This document shows positions 28,546-40,764 of a stretch of 64,000 bases of DNA, piece by piece. A program made the position numbers and the translations under genes. The notes beneath the pieces were generated by a model. The model was not told the origin of the DNA and ran no database searches. It saw only the letters and a list, made by a program, of their open reading frames with translations. Location of the stretch: positions 9,610,001 to 9,674,000 of the forward strand of contig CP075495.1 in NCBI GenBank assembly GCA_021613535.1, given 5' to 3'. This DNA is from Adineta vaga (lineage: Eukaryota > Animalia > Rotifera). Within the stretch, counting starts at the first letter, position 1. Each line of letters begins with the position of its first letter.

Positions 28546-30079
28546 ATGTTGATTTCGACAATATTTGTATTAATTAGCGTGATTATTGTGATAAAATATC
28601 TATGTCAATGGTATTTATCTCGTGTGCATGCATCCCTTTATTGGTGTTGGGATAATGGAAATGAAGAGAAACGAATTTCTATCAATACAGATAATATATC
28701 ATTTCCTGAAAATTTTCTTTGGGGTACAGCATCTGCTTCGTATCAATGTGAAGGACCTGGTGATGAAGCGCCAATTAAATCAAATTGGTCAGAATGGGAA
28801 CCTGAACATATTAAACATAGTCAACGATGTGGAATGGCAGTTGATCATTATCATCGATATAAAGAAGATATTCAATTAATGTCTTCACTAGGTTGTAATG
28901 CCTATCGATTTTCATTAGCTTGGGATAAGATTGAGCCTATCGAGGGCCACTATAATAAAGATATTCTTGTTCATTACCATGAAGTTTTAAAAGAATTACA
29001 TCGACAATCAATTATACCAATGATAACATTTCATCATTTTGTTCATCCTTTATGGTTTGAACAACGTTCAGCATTTTTAAATACAACAAATTTATCGGCA
29101 TTTGTTCGTTTTTCTATTGATATGTTTCAAGAATTTCAAGATGAATGTCATCTATGGTGTACAATAAATGAACCGGAAGTTTATGTCAGTGGTGGTTTTT
29201 TTACTGGTATATTTCCACCTGGTCATAAATCACAACCAAATGAAGCTTCGGCTGTTTTACAAAATCTTCTTCAAGCTCATGTTGATATCTATGACGGAAT
29301 CAAAAAAATTGCTCGTCAACCTAATCAACATTCAATTGGAATTGTAAAAGATATATTTCAATTTGATCCATACAATCCACTCAATCCACTAGATATCTAT
29401 ATTAGTCGTTTATTAGATTATGCTATGAATGGTTGTATACTCGATTTCTTTCGTACAGGCTGTTTTAAATGGACAATGCCTGGTTCAACTCCACGAACAT
29501 ATACAAATTCACGTGCACCACATACAAATGATTTTATTGGATTGAATTATTATTCACATTTTCTTGTTCGATTTAATGTATTTAAACCATCATCATTTGA
29601 AATTTTACATCGTCAAGATGATAGTGGAAGTGCTCTCATGACGGACATGGCATATGCATTGTATCCTGAAGGATTATATCGTGCGTGTGTACGTCTTAAA
29701 AATGAATTACCAGGTATACCAATTTATATAACAGAAAATGGCATTGCTGATCGATTAGATGATCGACGTCATTTATTTTTAAGACGATATCTTTATGCAT
29801 TAAGTCGAGCAATTAATGAAGCTGGTTGTGATATAAGAGGATATTTCTATTGGAGTTTAACTGATAATTTTGAATGGGCAGAAGTAAGAATCTCTTTGAT
29901 TTAAACATAATTATTTCTTTTATTTTCTTTTTTCTATCTATGAATAGGGTTATGATATGAAATTTGGTTTATATGATGTAAATTTGCAAACACAAGAACG
30001 AACATTACGTGATGGTGCAAAATATTTTCAACAAATCATACAAAAACATCGAGAAAAATATCAGAAAAAAACTTTATAA
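28546..30079 (+). CDS. Glycoside hydrolase family 1 beta-glucosidase with N-terminal membrane anchor, 2 exons; probable HGT
   Basis: FPENFLWGTASASYQCEG, YRFSLAWDKIEP, acid/base TINEP, DFIGLNYYS, nucleophile YITENG, GYFYWSLTDNFEWAE|GYDMKFGLYDV. Confidence 0.93.
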
Positions 30080-30631
30080 ATTTTTATGAATGAAATAAAA
30101 TATAAACAGAGAAATGATTTCGAAAATAAAACTATATTCCAGCTGTTATATTTTGGTACGAATCATATTATTGATATCAATACTAAGACAGAACTACCAA
30201 AACTTTCCCATCAACATTTATAAGTCAATTTTCTAATCTATTCTTGTATTTCCATCCAACATTATCCGTAAATGATGCAACTATTTCCAGAATGATGAAA
30301 TATAATCTTTGTCTCAAACCTTTCGAACTAAGAATCTACGCATATATCGAACTATCATCATAAGTCTTTTTCATTGTACACATCGATCATGTGTATTCAT
30401 TTGTTGGATATCCCATTAAATAAACATTACTTTCAATTAAATACATTTAATTATAACACGAAAAAACCTGATAAGATAATTCATTTAATATAACTACTAT
30501 CTACAGTAGTATGTTTTTTTTTACACATCACTGTTACATATGCCTCGCCAAATAAGATAAAAGAAAAATGAAAAACAAACAGGAGCAGAAAAAGAAGACA
30601 AGCGACAATTTGAAAAAAGATAATGACAACA

Positions 30632-30976
30632 TTAAAAATCAAAACGAGAAAATGACTCGGGCTCGTTTATTTGTTGTTGTTGTTGACGACGTCGATGACG
30701 TTGTTGTTTGAAACAAACTGTACAAAAACAGCTTGATCCTTGTAGACGATGATGAAGAAGAAAATAACGACATGGTGGACAATCGAACATACGTTCCATT
30801 AACGCATTACAACATGTATCACAATCAGATGAACTTTCTGATGACGATACTGATCGACTACATGTTGCTGATGTTGCGTATGAATCACATGTCAATACAA
30901 CTGGTTTTCCAATGACATTGATGCGATTGAAAACAATCGACATGATCAATACATAGATATACCATTGAGTTGCCAT
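30632..30976 (-). CDS. Small secreted cysteine-rich peptide precursor (10 Cys)
   Basis: 114-aa ORF, hydrophobic signal, C-x8-C-x12-CDTCC-x9-CPPC-x13-CFCTVC, then RHRRR; splice acceptor just upstream of the ATG. Confidence 0.7.
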   Translation of the reverse strand: MATQWYIYVLIMSIVFNRINVIGKPVVLTCDSYATSATCSRSVSSSESSSDCDTCCNALMERMFDCPPCRYFLLHHRLQGSSCFCTVCFKQQRHRRRQQQQQINEPESFSRFDF

Positions 30977-31287
30977 TGAATTTCTTGAGAACTAAATATA
31001 AAATCGAGACATTAGAATTATTCAAAACAGTATGATGTAATCGATCGTTGTCTTATAATTAACTTCAAGAATTTTTACCTTGTAAATTCATTGTGTTCAT
31101 CATAGTATGTTTCTTCTAAAATCATGCCTAACAAGACAGCCGTTTTCTTATAATCGGTAGATTTCGAAGCGACTACATGGTACCAATGTTACAGCTATGT
31201 CTCAAGTTTTTTTTCGTAATAATGATCGAATAACAGTCTTGGACGCGTGATGCAAAGCAATTCAAGTCACATTCTTTCTCTCATTTT

Positions 31288-31289
31288 TT

Positions 31290-31320
<31 letters not shown>
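31288..31320 (+). repeat. (TTTC)n microsatellite
   Basis: About 8 perfect tetranucleotide units upstream of the Cys-rich peptide gene. Confidence 0.85.
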
Positions 31321-32677
31321 ATGTATTGCGTGATCGTACAAAGAAGAGTATGTTGCGTATGTGCTGTTGTAAAAGAAAAGAGAAAAAAAGGTCCTTCCGC
31401 CGTAATCTTTGTGTTCGTTTGCGTTTTTTTTCCTGCTTTACTCTGTTCAATCTTATATAATACTATCTATCATATGAGTCGAGCGTGTATAAGAGAAGAA
31501 GAAAAAGAAAGAAAAAAAAAGAAAGATTACATAATTTATCGAAAGAGAGCAAACTTAGTTTATTACGAGAGATGCCCTTTTTGGTTAGTAGTTTCATCAC
31601 TATTCATATACAAATATATATGCAAAGAAGCGAGTTGACCTCATAGTGCTGCAATATACATATACATATGTGTAGAAAGAGAGAGAGAGAAAGAGATGTA
31701 AAAAGAAAAGAAGAATAGAACAAAAATGTGTAACACAATTGTGTGAGGGTCAACTGTACTCACTATAAAGTGATAATGAACATATATAAAGACAAAATAT
31801 CTACCTGAATAAAGAAAAACAAAACAAATTGATTATTGATAATGGGTTTGAATGTTGAATAACTAGAAGAATACAATAATATAAGAATTCTTATTGTATT
31901 TATATATGCATATACGTGTGTGGGTGAGATGTTTTCGAGTAGGCGCTGACACTCAATTAGTATTTTTAATTTGATGTTTCGCAGAACCTTTTACGTGCTT
32001 TACAATATTCGTACATCTGTTGTTTGTAAGATAATTTATCTTCTATATCCTTAAAAAACATATGTTTATTTCATCGACTTAGTTTTCTTTTATTACAAAT
32101 GACTTACATAGCTTTGTAACTTATATCCAATATATGTCATATACATTAATTCAATAAATACGTGTATAAGTTAATTAACATATATTTCTCTTAAAAATAC
32201 ATTAATTTTAAAGAGATACTCTTGTATTTGAGTACAAAGATCATACATACAAAGATAGAGATACTAGAGACAGTAATAAACAAAAAAGATTGCCAGTAAA
32301 ATTCTAATGATTTATTCTTTCGTCTTCAGGATGGATGATAAATCTTAACATGAGTACGATTCTAATAAATTGTTCTTCAAAGTCTAGAATTGCTTGATAA
32401 GACAATACATTTACGTTTATGTTATTGAAAAACATATGTTCATTTCAGCAATTCATTTCTTTTTATTATATGTTATATATATACATTCATTTCAAAGATC
32501 TAATTTAGCTGGACTAATATTTCTTCGATATATCAAAATTCGAAGAAATATATTCGTATCTGATCACGAAAAAGAAAACACATAAATCAAACAAAAATAA
32601 AGACAAGAATATCTGACATGATACGAAAGTAGACAAAATATATATATCTGATTAATAGCAAAAAAATAAAGCAAAGA

Positions 32678-35600
32678 TTAATGATTGAAAAATAAAGTCT
32701 TTAAATGTAATTGTTCAAGATGAGTTAATGATGAATTTGTAATTAATTGACGAATTAATTCAATATAATCATCACTGAATGGAAGTGTTCCTGTTGTTTT
32801 ATAAATATCTGCAGCTTTTTGTAAACGATCACCGAGTGTTAAAGTTACTATGGTTTGTTTTTTAGGTGAGATTTTATCATTCTCATGATTTGATTCATCC
32901 ATAGGTGATAAATGACGTTTGTGTGGTGAATCAAAACCTTCTTCGTTCGTTGAAGTTATTTGACTATTTGATACTGGTATTTCATCATTTAAATCTAAAC
33001 TTTCACAACCAAGATTGTTAATTAATGTCTCAACATCGTACAATTTATTGGAAGGATTTGTTATAATTCCTATGGGTAACGAAGATATATTGGTCGACAG
33101 GTTATTATCATCAATAACTAAAACACGACGACATTTATATACTATGTTAGTAATATTTTATAGAATACATACTCATAATTTCTTCTGACGTCATTGTCAT
33201 CACGGGAATTCCAAGAGAGTTATTAGTAGCATCTGACGAGGAAGAATCAGTAAGACGTTCCTGATAAAATGAAAGTGCTTTTTGAACATTAGTTTGTTTT
33301 TGTGATAGAATTGGATAAGTTTCAAGTTGAGTTAATGATAAACGTGCAAGATCACCAATAGTATGGATATTATTCGAATAGAAATCATTCAACATATCTT
33401 TAGAACTAAAAGAACAGATAAATCCGTAATTGTGTACAAATTTCATTTGTTTTTACAATACATACCATTCATTATCAGATAAAAGATCCATAAGAGTATC
33501 AATCGGTTTACCACAATTGATCAATGATGGGAAAATCGAATCATTCGTTTTTGTAGTCAATGATTGAAGTAGTTCATAGTTTTCATTCGAATGCGATGAT
33601 GGCTAGAATATACTGGTTTATTATATTCTGAAGACAAGCATGGAATAAACTATATATTTAAAGTACGACAACGACGGATAATGAACTAATTTCAACAGTG
33701 CAAAACCTCTAGTCACTAATCAATATATCGAAAGTGACTAAAAGATGATGGACTGATGTAACAAGTTAATATAACACATAAACTATATCAACTGAGGAGT
33801 GCAGGTCATCTAGTCTGGAATCAAACATATCAACCTGACACAACAAACTCCACTCCACTGTTGAATAGGCAATACATATAACAACAATCATTTCGCGAAG
33901 ATTTTTCTTTTGTTTCTTTCTGTTTACCTGTGCCCAATCTGCTATAGCATCATTTGGATGAAACAGTTTCGATGAACGTGTTTTAGTTGATGGATTGGCG
34001 ATGGTATAACACTTTGTTCGGTTGGATTCATTGCACTCAAACGTCGAGCGGATGTTGGTTGTTTTCGTAAAGGAAGATTTTCTTTTGGTATGATTCGTGT
34101 TGGTGATTTCAATCGATCACTCATTGGACTTTTCTTCTTTTGTTGAACGCTAAGATCCCGACGTGATGGTGAAGCAAATACTAAGACTTTGACTTGATCA
34201 TGAAAAACAACACGTTTTGTATGACTTGACCGAGGTTTTGTTGGTGATAATCGTTTTAAAATACTTTTTATTGAGTGTTGCTTTGTGGAATCAATCGGTG
34301 TATCAGAATTCGAACTTGTTACTGTTACAATAGTTTCCGTAGAACATGTACTTGTCTGTTTTTTTCTTGTGTTATTTGTCAAACTCTTTCTTGCTGATAG
34401 AGATGAACGATACGAACGTCGTAACTTCTTTGCAACAGCAGATTCATTTAATAGATCTTCGTTCATAATTTCCGTATCTTGAGCTGGATTTTCGCTCGTT
34501 TCTGATAACGATGATGTCATAATAGTATTATTTTCTTCTGTTGAATTTGGAACCGATTGTTTAAATAATGGTAATGGTGATGGTTGTTTATATTCATAAT
34601 CGATATGTCGAAGTTGATGATTTCGCATCATATTTTCAATGATTGGTGTATCAACTGTACAAGAATTTGATTGTGTATTACTACTATCATCACAAAGTAA
34701 GGGTATATTATGACGTGTACGTAATTTTTCTTTTTGTTTTTCTGTTAAACAAGAACTTGTTGATGAGACACGTTTGCCAAAAACAACTGGTGAATTTAAT
34801 TGATTATTATAATTAATATTATTAATTATTGGAACAAAAACGGGTTCATTTCTGTCCATCATAGTTGCCGAACGAGTTGAAAGTACTGTCGGCGCAGCAA
34901 AACGTGCTGGTGATGTATGTGGTTTCGATATTGTTGATGATATTAATGGTGTTGCAATATCTACTTGTTGAGATAATTGACTTTCATCAGTACTACTCGG
35001 AGGCGCACCACTACCAGCTGTATTGCTATTATCATGATCAGCAAGAAAACATGGTAATAATAAATGTTCTTTATCTTTTAAATCACGAAGACATAATCTT
35101 TACAAAAAAAAATGGAATCAACTAATATAATGATAAAAATTCATCGAATTTAACTTACCGAAGTTCATTTGGATAAACAATTAATGTCATCCGTCCAAAT
35201 GTTTCATTCCAACATTTTCGTGCTTTATTTCTCATAATAGTTTTGTTATGTTGAAATGCGAGTATCAAAATTGGATAAATCAATTGTAATAAAGATGAAC
35301 TATTTGATGGTTCAAAAACTGATGTTATAATTGATAAGATTTTATTTAGAATAACATTATCTGTTTGTTTTGATACAGGTGATAAACCTATTGGAACATT
35401 CGTATTAATTGATTGTTCGTATAGATAAAGAAATGGTATTAATTGAGTTAAATTTCGAAGAATAATTTCTAAATGTGAATAACTTTTACATAAATTAAAT
35501 AGATCAACAATAAGATCACGAATATATGTAAAAACAAATAATTTGGTTTGTTCACGTGATGAGACTTTATTGGATTTTAATAAACAACAGCAAACAAGTA

Positions 35601-38043
35601 TGTATTGTGTATTATTTTCATTATTAGATAATAAACGTTGAAGAATATGATTCATTATAATTGATAATTGTGTAAAACAAAGAATAATCGATGATGGTAG
35701 TGAACGTTTTTGTGTATGAGAAAAAAGATGTCCAAAATTATTTGTTGATCGATCTGATATTCCCGATAAATCAATCTCAGCAAATGTTTTCAACAAAGTT
35801 TTAATTATAATTAAAATTAAACCAAATAAACGTTGATTATGTTGATTATTAATAGCTTGTTCGAATGCTGGTTCATTTCGAAGTAATTCAACAAGTAAAT
35901 GAATTAAATGTTGTTTCAATGGATCATTATTAATTAATGCTAAACGACATAATGCTTTGAATAATTGTGTCCATAATAATGTATATGAATAATCTAAACG
36001 ATCAATATCATTAAAAGCAAATGGACGAAGTAATGATTCAATGGATGTTTCTTGTTTTTGATTATCAATTTGATTATTTAATTCAAATGTAGATGAACGA
36101 TTAAGAATATTAATTAAATGTGTTGAACAACGAAACCAAATATGCCAAAATAAGGATGGAATCATTAATGGTTGATGATATAATTCCACGGCACATTTTA
36201 CTAGAAGAGAACTTGTTTGATAACAAAAATTTTCATCCGATGTTTTCGATAATGTATCAATGAGATATGATATAACATGAAGATAGATTTCTTCAGAAGT
36301 TTGATCTTCATCATTAAGTCGAATAGCATGTTCTAACATCATATGAAGATATTGATCGGATAATGTTGTTCGATATGTTGAAGATTTTTCTTCTAAAATG
36401 TTTGAAACAAAAATTTCTCAATTGTTTAATGAGCATTGTTTACTTACGTGATTTGTAATTTCCAGATGACGGATGAATTTGTGCAGCTGATAATGTTTTA
36501 GTACGTGTACTTGAATCACGTAGAACAGTTTCAATTGCTAAAGGAAATCCACTATGTTCAAAACTTTCGAATAATTTTAATAGATATCGTGTTTCAATTC
36601 TTGAATCAATCCATAATCGTTCAATACGTGTTAATAAACATGTATTAATTGCTACATGTTGATTTTCATGAATTGAATCATTTGTTTTAAATATTTGTAT
36701 TAAATGATTTAAATATGCATTCCAACTTATTAACCACGATACATTCTCTTGTTTTTCTAATGAATTCGTTGAATATTCTAATAATTGATCGACAATGGAA
36801 TCAAATAAATAATTGAGAATTTCATCTCCAGCTATTTTTATTAAATATTCTCCATGAATATTTTCTATTAAGAGATCATGAAGAAATTGTGCACCTATTT
36901 GACGACATTCGGACCACCATGCTGTTGTTGTTGAAATCGTTTTCGATGTTAAATGATTACCAAATGCAAACGATAGAAATGGTAAAATAATATCATTGAT
37001 ATTTTTTGGATAAATCGATATCAATGTAATCCATGCTTGACATTTTGATATTGATGCTGATTTACTTTTCGATGTATAATCAGGTAAGAATGGTGCTAAG
37101 AATAATTTTAATAAACGATGATTTAATTGTTGAATATCAATATCATCCGAACGATGTACATGTGACATGAAGGATGACCATGCTGTAAATGCTGCAGTAC
37201 GAATTGAATAATTTGAAACGATAAAAGCTAAAAGAAATGCTTTTATTATTGAAGAAAACAAAATAGAGAAAAGATAAATTTACCATCTTCCATGACAGCT
37301 AGTATTTCATTGCCTTTAGTATGACCTCGAATTAACAAACGACTTAGTAGAGCTGCTAATGATTGCCATAGATGAATAACAAATAGAGCTAATCGAATAT
37401 CATCGGTCGTTTTCAAACATGATCTCAATTGATTTAAGAAATCTGTTGAAACTATAGATGGTGATCGACCAAGAATATCAACGATTTCTTTTGATAATGG
37501 TGTCAATTGTTTGATAATTTTCGAAAATAAATCATTGATTAAATCACCATAGATTGTTACAAATGTTGACGAGAAATGTGTAACAAGAAAATTTAATAAA
37601 CATGAAAGCCATTCAGCTAATGTTAATATTAAGATATTGGATCGATATTCCACAAGTACAATTAATAATCGTAAAATTGTTAATGATACATCAGTATAAT
37701 CGTCATCAGTTTTTGAGAAGATTTCTTTAATAAATGGTAAAATCTCTTGTTTAAATTGTATATCTGATAAATTATCTGAATGAGTTATTAAACAATCGAG
37801 AATGAATATCTGAATTTTTCTATCAAGATTATCTAACGTTAAAATATTTAATAGAATATGAATTAATGTTGATCGATAGTTTAAAGATTGGAAATATTGA
37901 TTATAGATTTGAATAAATTCTGTAGAAGAATGAAGAGCTGCGGCTTGAAAAGCATCATGAATAGCTGTTTCATCGATTGAATTTGAAATGAAATTTGTTG
38001 AACGTGTCTTCCTTGTTGCTGCTGTTATCGATGAGGACGACAT
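32678..38043 (-). CDS. RIF1: Replication timing regulator RIF1 (apparent 1-nt frameshift near 33995)
   Basis: Long helical/HEAT-like N-terminal exons ending CWNETFG...YPNELR, LTEKQKEKLR, PP1-docking SILK...KRVVF, C-terminal IFPSLINCGKPID and IHTIGDLARLS..LETYPI. Confidence 0.88.
33686..33868 (-). other. Predicted multi-stem RNA structure inside a RIF1 intron
   Basis: Outer 10-bp stem 33691-33700/33856-33865 enclosing three hairpins; wobble pairs are G-U on the minus (sense) strand. Confidence 0.55.
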
Positions 38044-38833
38044 TGTGAAATAGATCGATCAAGTGTACATACATGATATCGTTCGAAAATCAACAAACAA
38101 TAGCAGCCATTCAAATGGACATATTCAAACAATGAATGACCTCCTTTTTGACACTTGATACAATTTCAAAATCAATAGGATATCAAAATTAGTTAATATT
38201 TGAATTTGTTTCAATTTGATAAGAAAATTTGATTTTTACAAGAAAATTAGAATGCTGATAACGATGGAAAGTAATCCTAGTGTATTTCCGAGAAGAAAAC
38301 TTTTTCGTTTATTTGTCGTAAAATTTGATTGAAATGACATCTATCGAAGGATGTCTCTAGTTATCAAAATGTACTTTTTCGTTTTCGTTTTTGTTAGCAT
38401 AGTATCAATGTTTTTCATCATTCGAAATAATTGTGATAGCAATTAGTAGTTGATCAAGGTATCGAAAGAAGAAATTATGAATAACTTGTTTATGATACAC
38501 GAGAACTATTATGAAAAGATTGTCAAGGAAATATCAAATAATAAAGATCTTAATGGATCACATTTACTTCAAATCGAATATATTAGTTCGTTGAGTACAA
38601 AAGTCTTTTTACCTAAATTACTCATCGATTGTTCTAGAAGAAAATTTCGAAACAATTGTTGTTTGCCACGTCGACAACGGCAACAATATTTGATTGGCTC
38701 AGGAAAAAAATTAGTAATACTATTTATCTTACCTGAATTGCGAAATATCAAATGATTACTCATTTGGTGAGTATAAAAACGGATGTTTTCTACTGTAGAT
38801 TTTCATTTCATCTTATTCTTCATACCAAACAAA

Positions 38834-40764
38834 ATGGCTACAAATCAACACGATAATACTGAACAATTACGTCTTCTCAAAGAACGTTTTCCACAAGTTG
38901 ACGAAAGCAAATTAACACGTCTCTTGCAACGACATGGTGACAATGTTGAACAGGTAAAAATTCATTTTCTTATAATAATTAGCCCGCTAATACCTCTCAT
39001 GCGGGAGAATGGAGGTTGCTTGATATTCATATATCAGCGTAAAAAAATTAAATATAAAAACTTCTCTTTCTAGCATTATATAAATATATATATGTATGTA
39101 TATTTTTTATCAGGTTACTGCACGTCTCGTTAAACGAGAATCACGTTTGAACAAGTTTGATTCATTTGAAACACGTTTTGGTTCAAATGTAACAGCATTA
39201 CAACAAGAATATCCATCGATTCAATCGATGAAACGTGCTCGTTTACTAAAAACCATGAACCGTTTTGATGGTGATGTTGATCAAGTTCGAAAATTTGTTG
39301 AAAAAGTTGAAGCACGACATCATCGTGAAGGTCAAAATTCTTGCGTATCTCGTCATCAACAACGCGAAGAATTAAAAACAAAATATGCGAATCAATTGGC
39401 TGAATTATCGACTGTCGGAATCAATATTGATCAACCATGGACACTTCGATTGTTAGAAAAACAACAAGGTGATGTAAACAAGGTAAGTTTAATAATAAGG
39501 AAAAAGTAATGATAATGATAATTGGAGATATAAATGATAATAGGTAATGGAAGTAATAGCACGTCGTGCAGCAAAAAAAGAGAAATTTGCAGGAGTTGAT
39601 GTTAAATATGCTGCAGAAATTGCTCAACTCAAAGCTGATGGTGTCAAAATAAAAAATGAACGTGTTCTAGCTCGTTTATTGGAAAAGGCGAATGGACAAA
39701 CTGAATTAGTAAAACAATTCATTATTGAACGAGAAGAAAAACATATGAAACGAAAAGAATATCGCCGTAAACATCGAAGTCATTCGCCCATGACAACAAC
39801 AACAGCAGCAGCAGCAGCAGGAGAAGGAGAAGGTCATGGCATGAAACCACATTGTCGAAAACATCTTAACTTGAATGATGAAGATCGTGATACGCTTAAA
39901 AAAATTCGATCAGCTGGTATACATGGTAATCCAAAGAAGTTATTAGCAATTTTTCATGAATGTGGTGGATCAATGGAAATATTAAATGCACGATTGGCAG
40001 AACAACGTGATAAACGTAGTCGTGAACGTCATGAACGAACACAAGTAAGGATATTTGTATTGGTAATGAAATACCAAAATTATGTTAAAAAATTCTTATT
40101 TTTAGAAACGAACATTACTAGCAGAAGCTCAAACTGCTTATATCGATGTACATAATCGAGAAGATTGGCCACGCGATATTGAACACGTCTATTTAGATGG
40201 AAATAATATGATGTTTGTTGTAAATTCACTTCGTCGCTTATGTTTAAATCGAGCTGGTCAACGAACAGAACGTGCTATGGCAGAAATTGCTGCTACATGG
40301 AATGAACAGATGCACATACCTAATGTTGATTTAGTTTTCGATTCAACACGTCAATTAGATCAAATTGGAACAGTTAAAGTATCAAGTGCTCAACCGAAAT
40401 ATCGAACAACTGATGATATGTTGGTCGAAATTGCTCGTCGACCTGAAAATCGTGAAAAAAATAAACGAACAATTATTGTAACATCAGATCGAGCTCTTGC
40501 TGTACTGGTAAGTTTATTTCTTTTTCTTCGATAAAGAAAGAATTCTATATTTCTTTTAATCTGTAATTATAGTTACAACGTGAAGGATGTTTACTTGTTA
40601 AACCATATAATTGGTTTGCTCATTGTGTTATGGTTTTAACACCTGATTTAATAAATTATGAAGAAATAACAGGCATGATGACAACCGCATCATCACCAAC
40701 AACAGTGAAAATTCGTTACAATTTCGATGAACTTGTTCATCGTATTGCAAAAATTGATTTATAA
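38834..40764 (+). CDS. Multi-CUE/UBA-like repeat protein with C-terminal YacP/Rae1-like NYN (PIN-fold) RNase domain, 5 exons
   Basis: Exons 38834-38953, 39114-39482, 39544-40044, 40106-40507, 40573-40764; NYN blocks VYLDGNN, LVFDS, TTDDML, IIVTSDRALA; repeats LKERFPQVDESKLTRLLQRHGDNVEQV, YANQLAELSTVGI...LLEKQQGDVNKV. Confidence 0.75.

Noticed and set aside
31321-31638. 105-aa ORF
   Set aside because: Made of simple repeats in the upstream region of the Cys-rich peptide gene; no coding signature
33710-33845. Hammerhead ribozyme (CTGAGGA at 33792, GAAA at 33730) or TPP riboswitch in the RIF1 intron
   Set aside because: The core elements are not in a valid order or pairing and lie on the antisense strand; TPP consensus absent
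38100-38230. CHR-like TTTGAA elements in the RIF1 promoter
   Set aside because: Expected by chance at this AT content
38981-39045. Twister, pistol or HDV-like ribozyme in the NYN gene intron
   Set aside because: Required P2 stems and conserved nucleotides are missing; kept only as a generic pseudoknot
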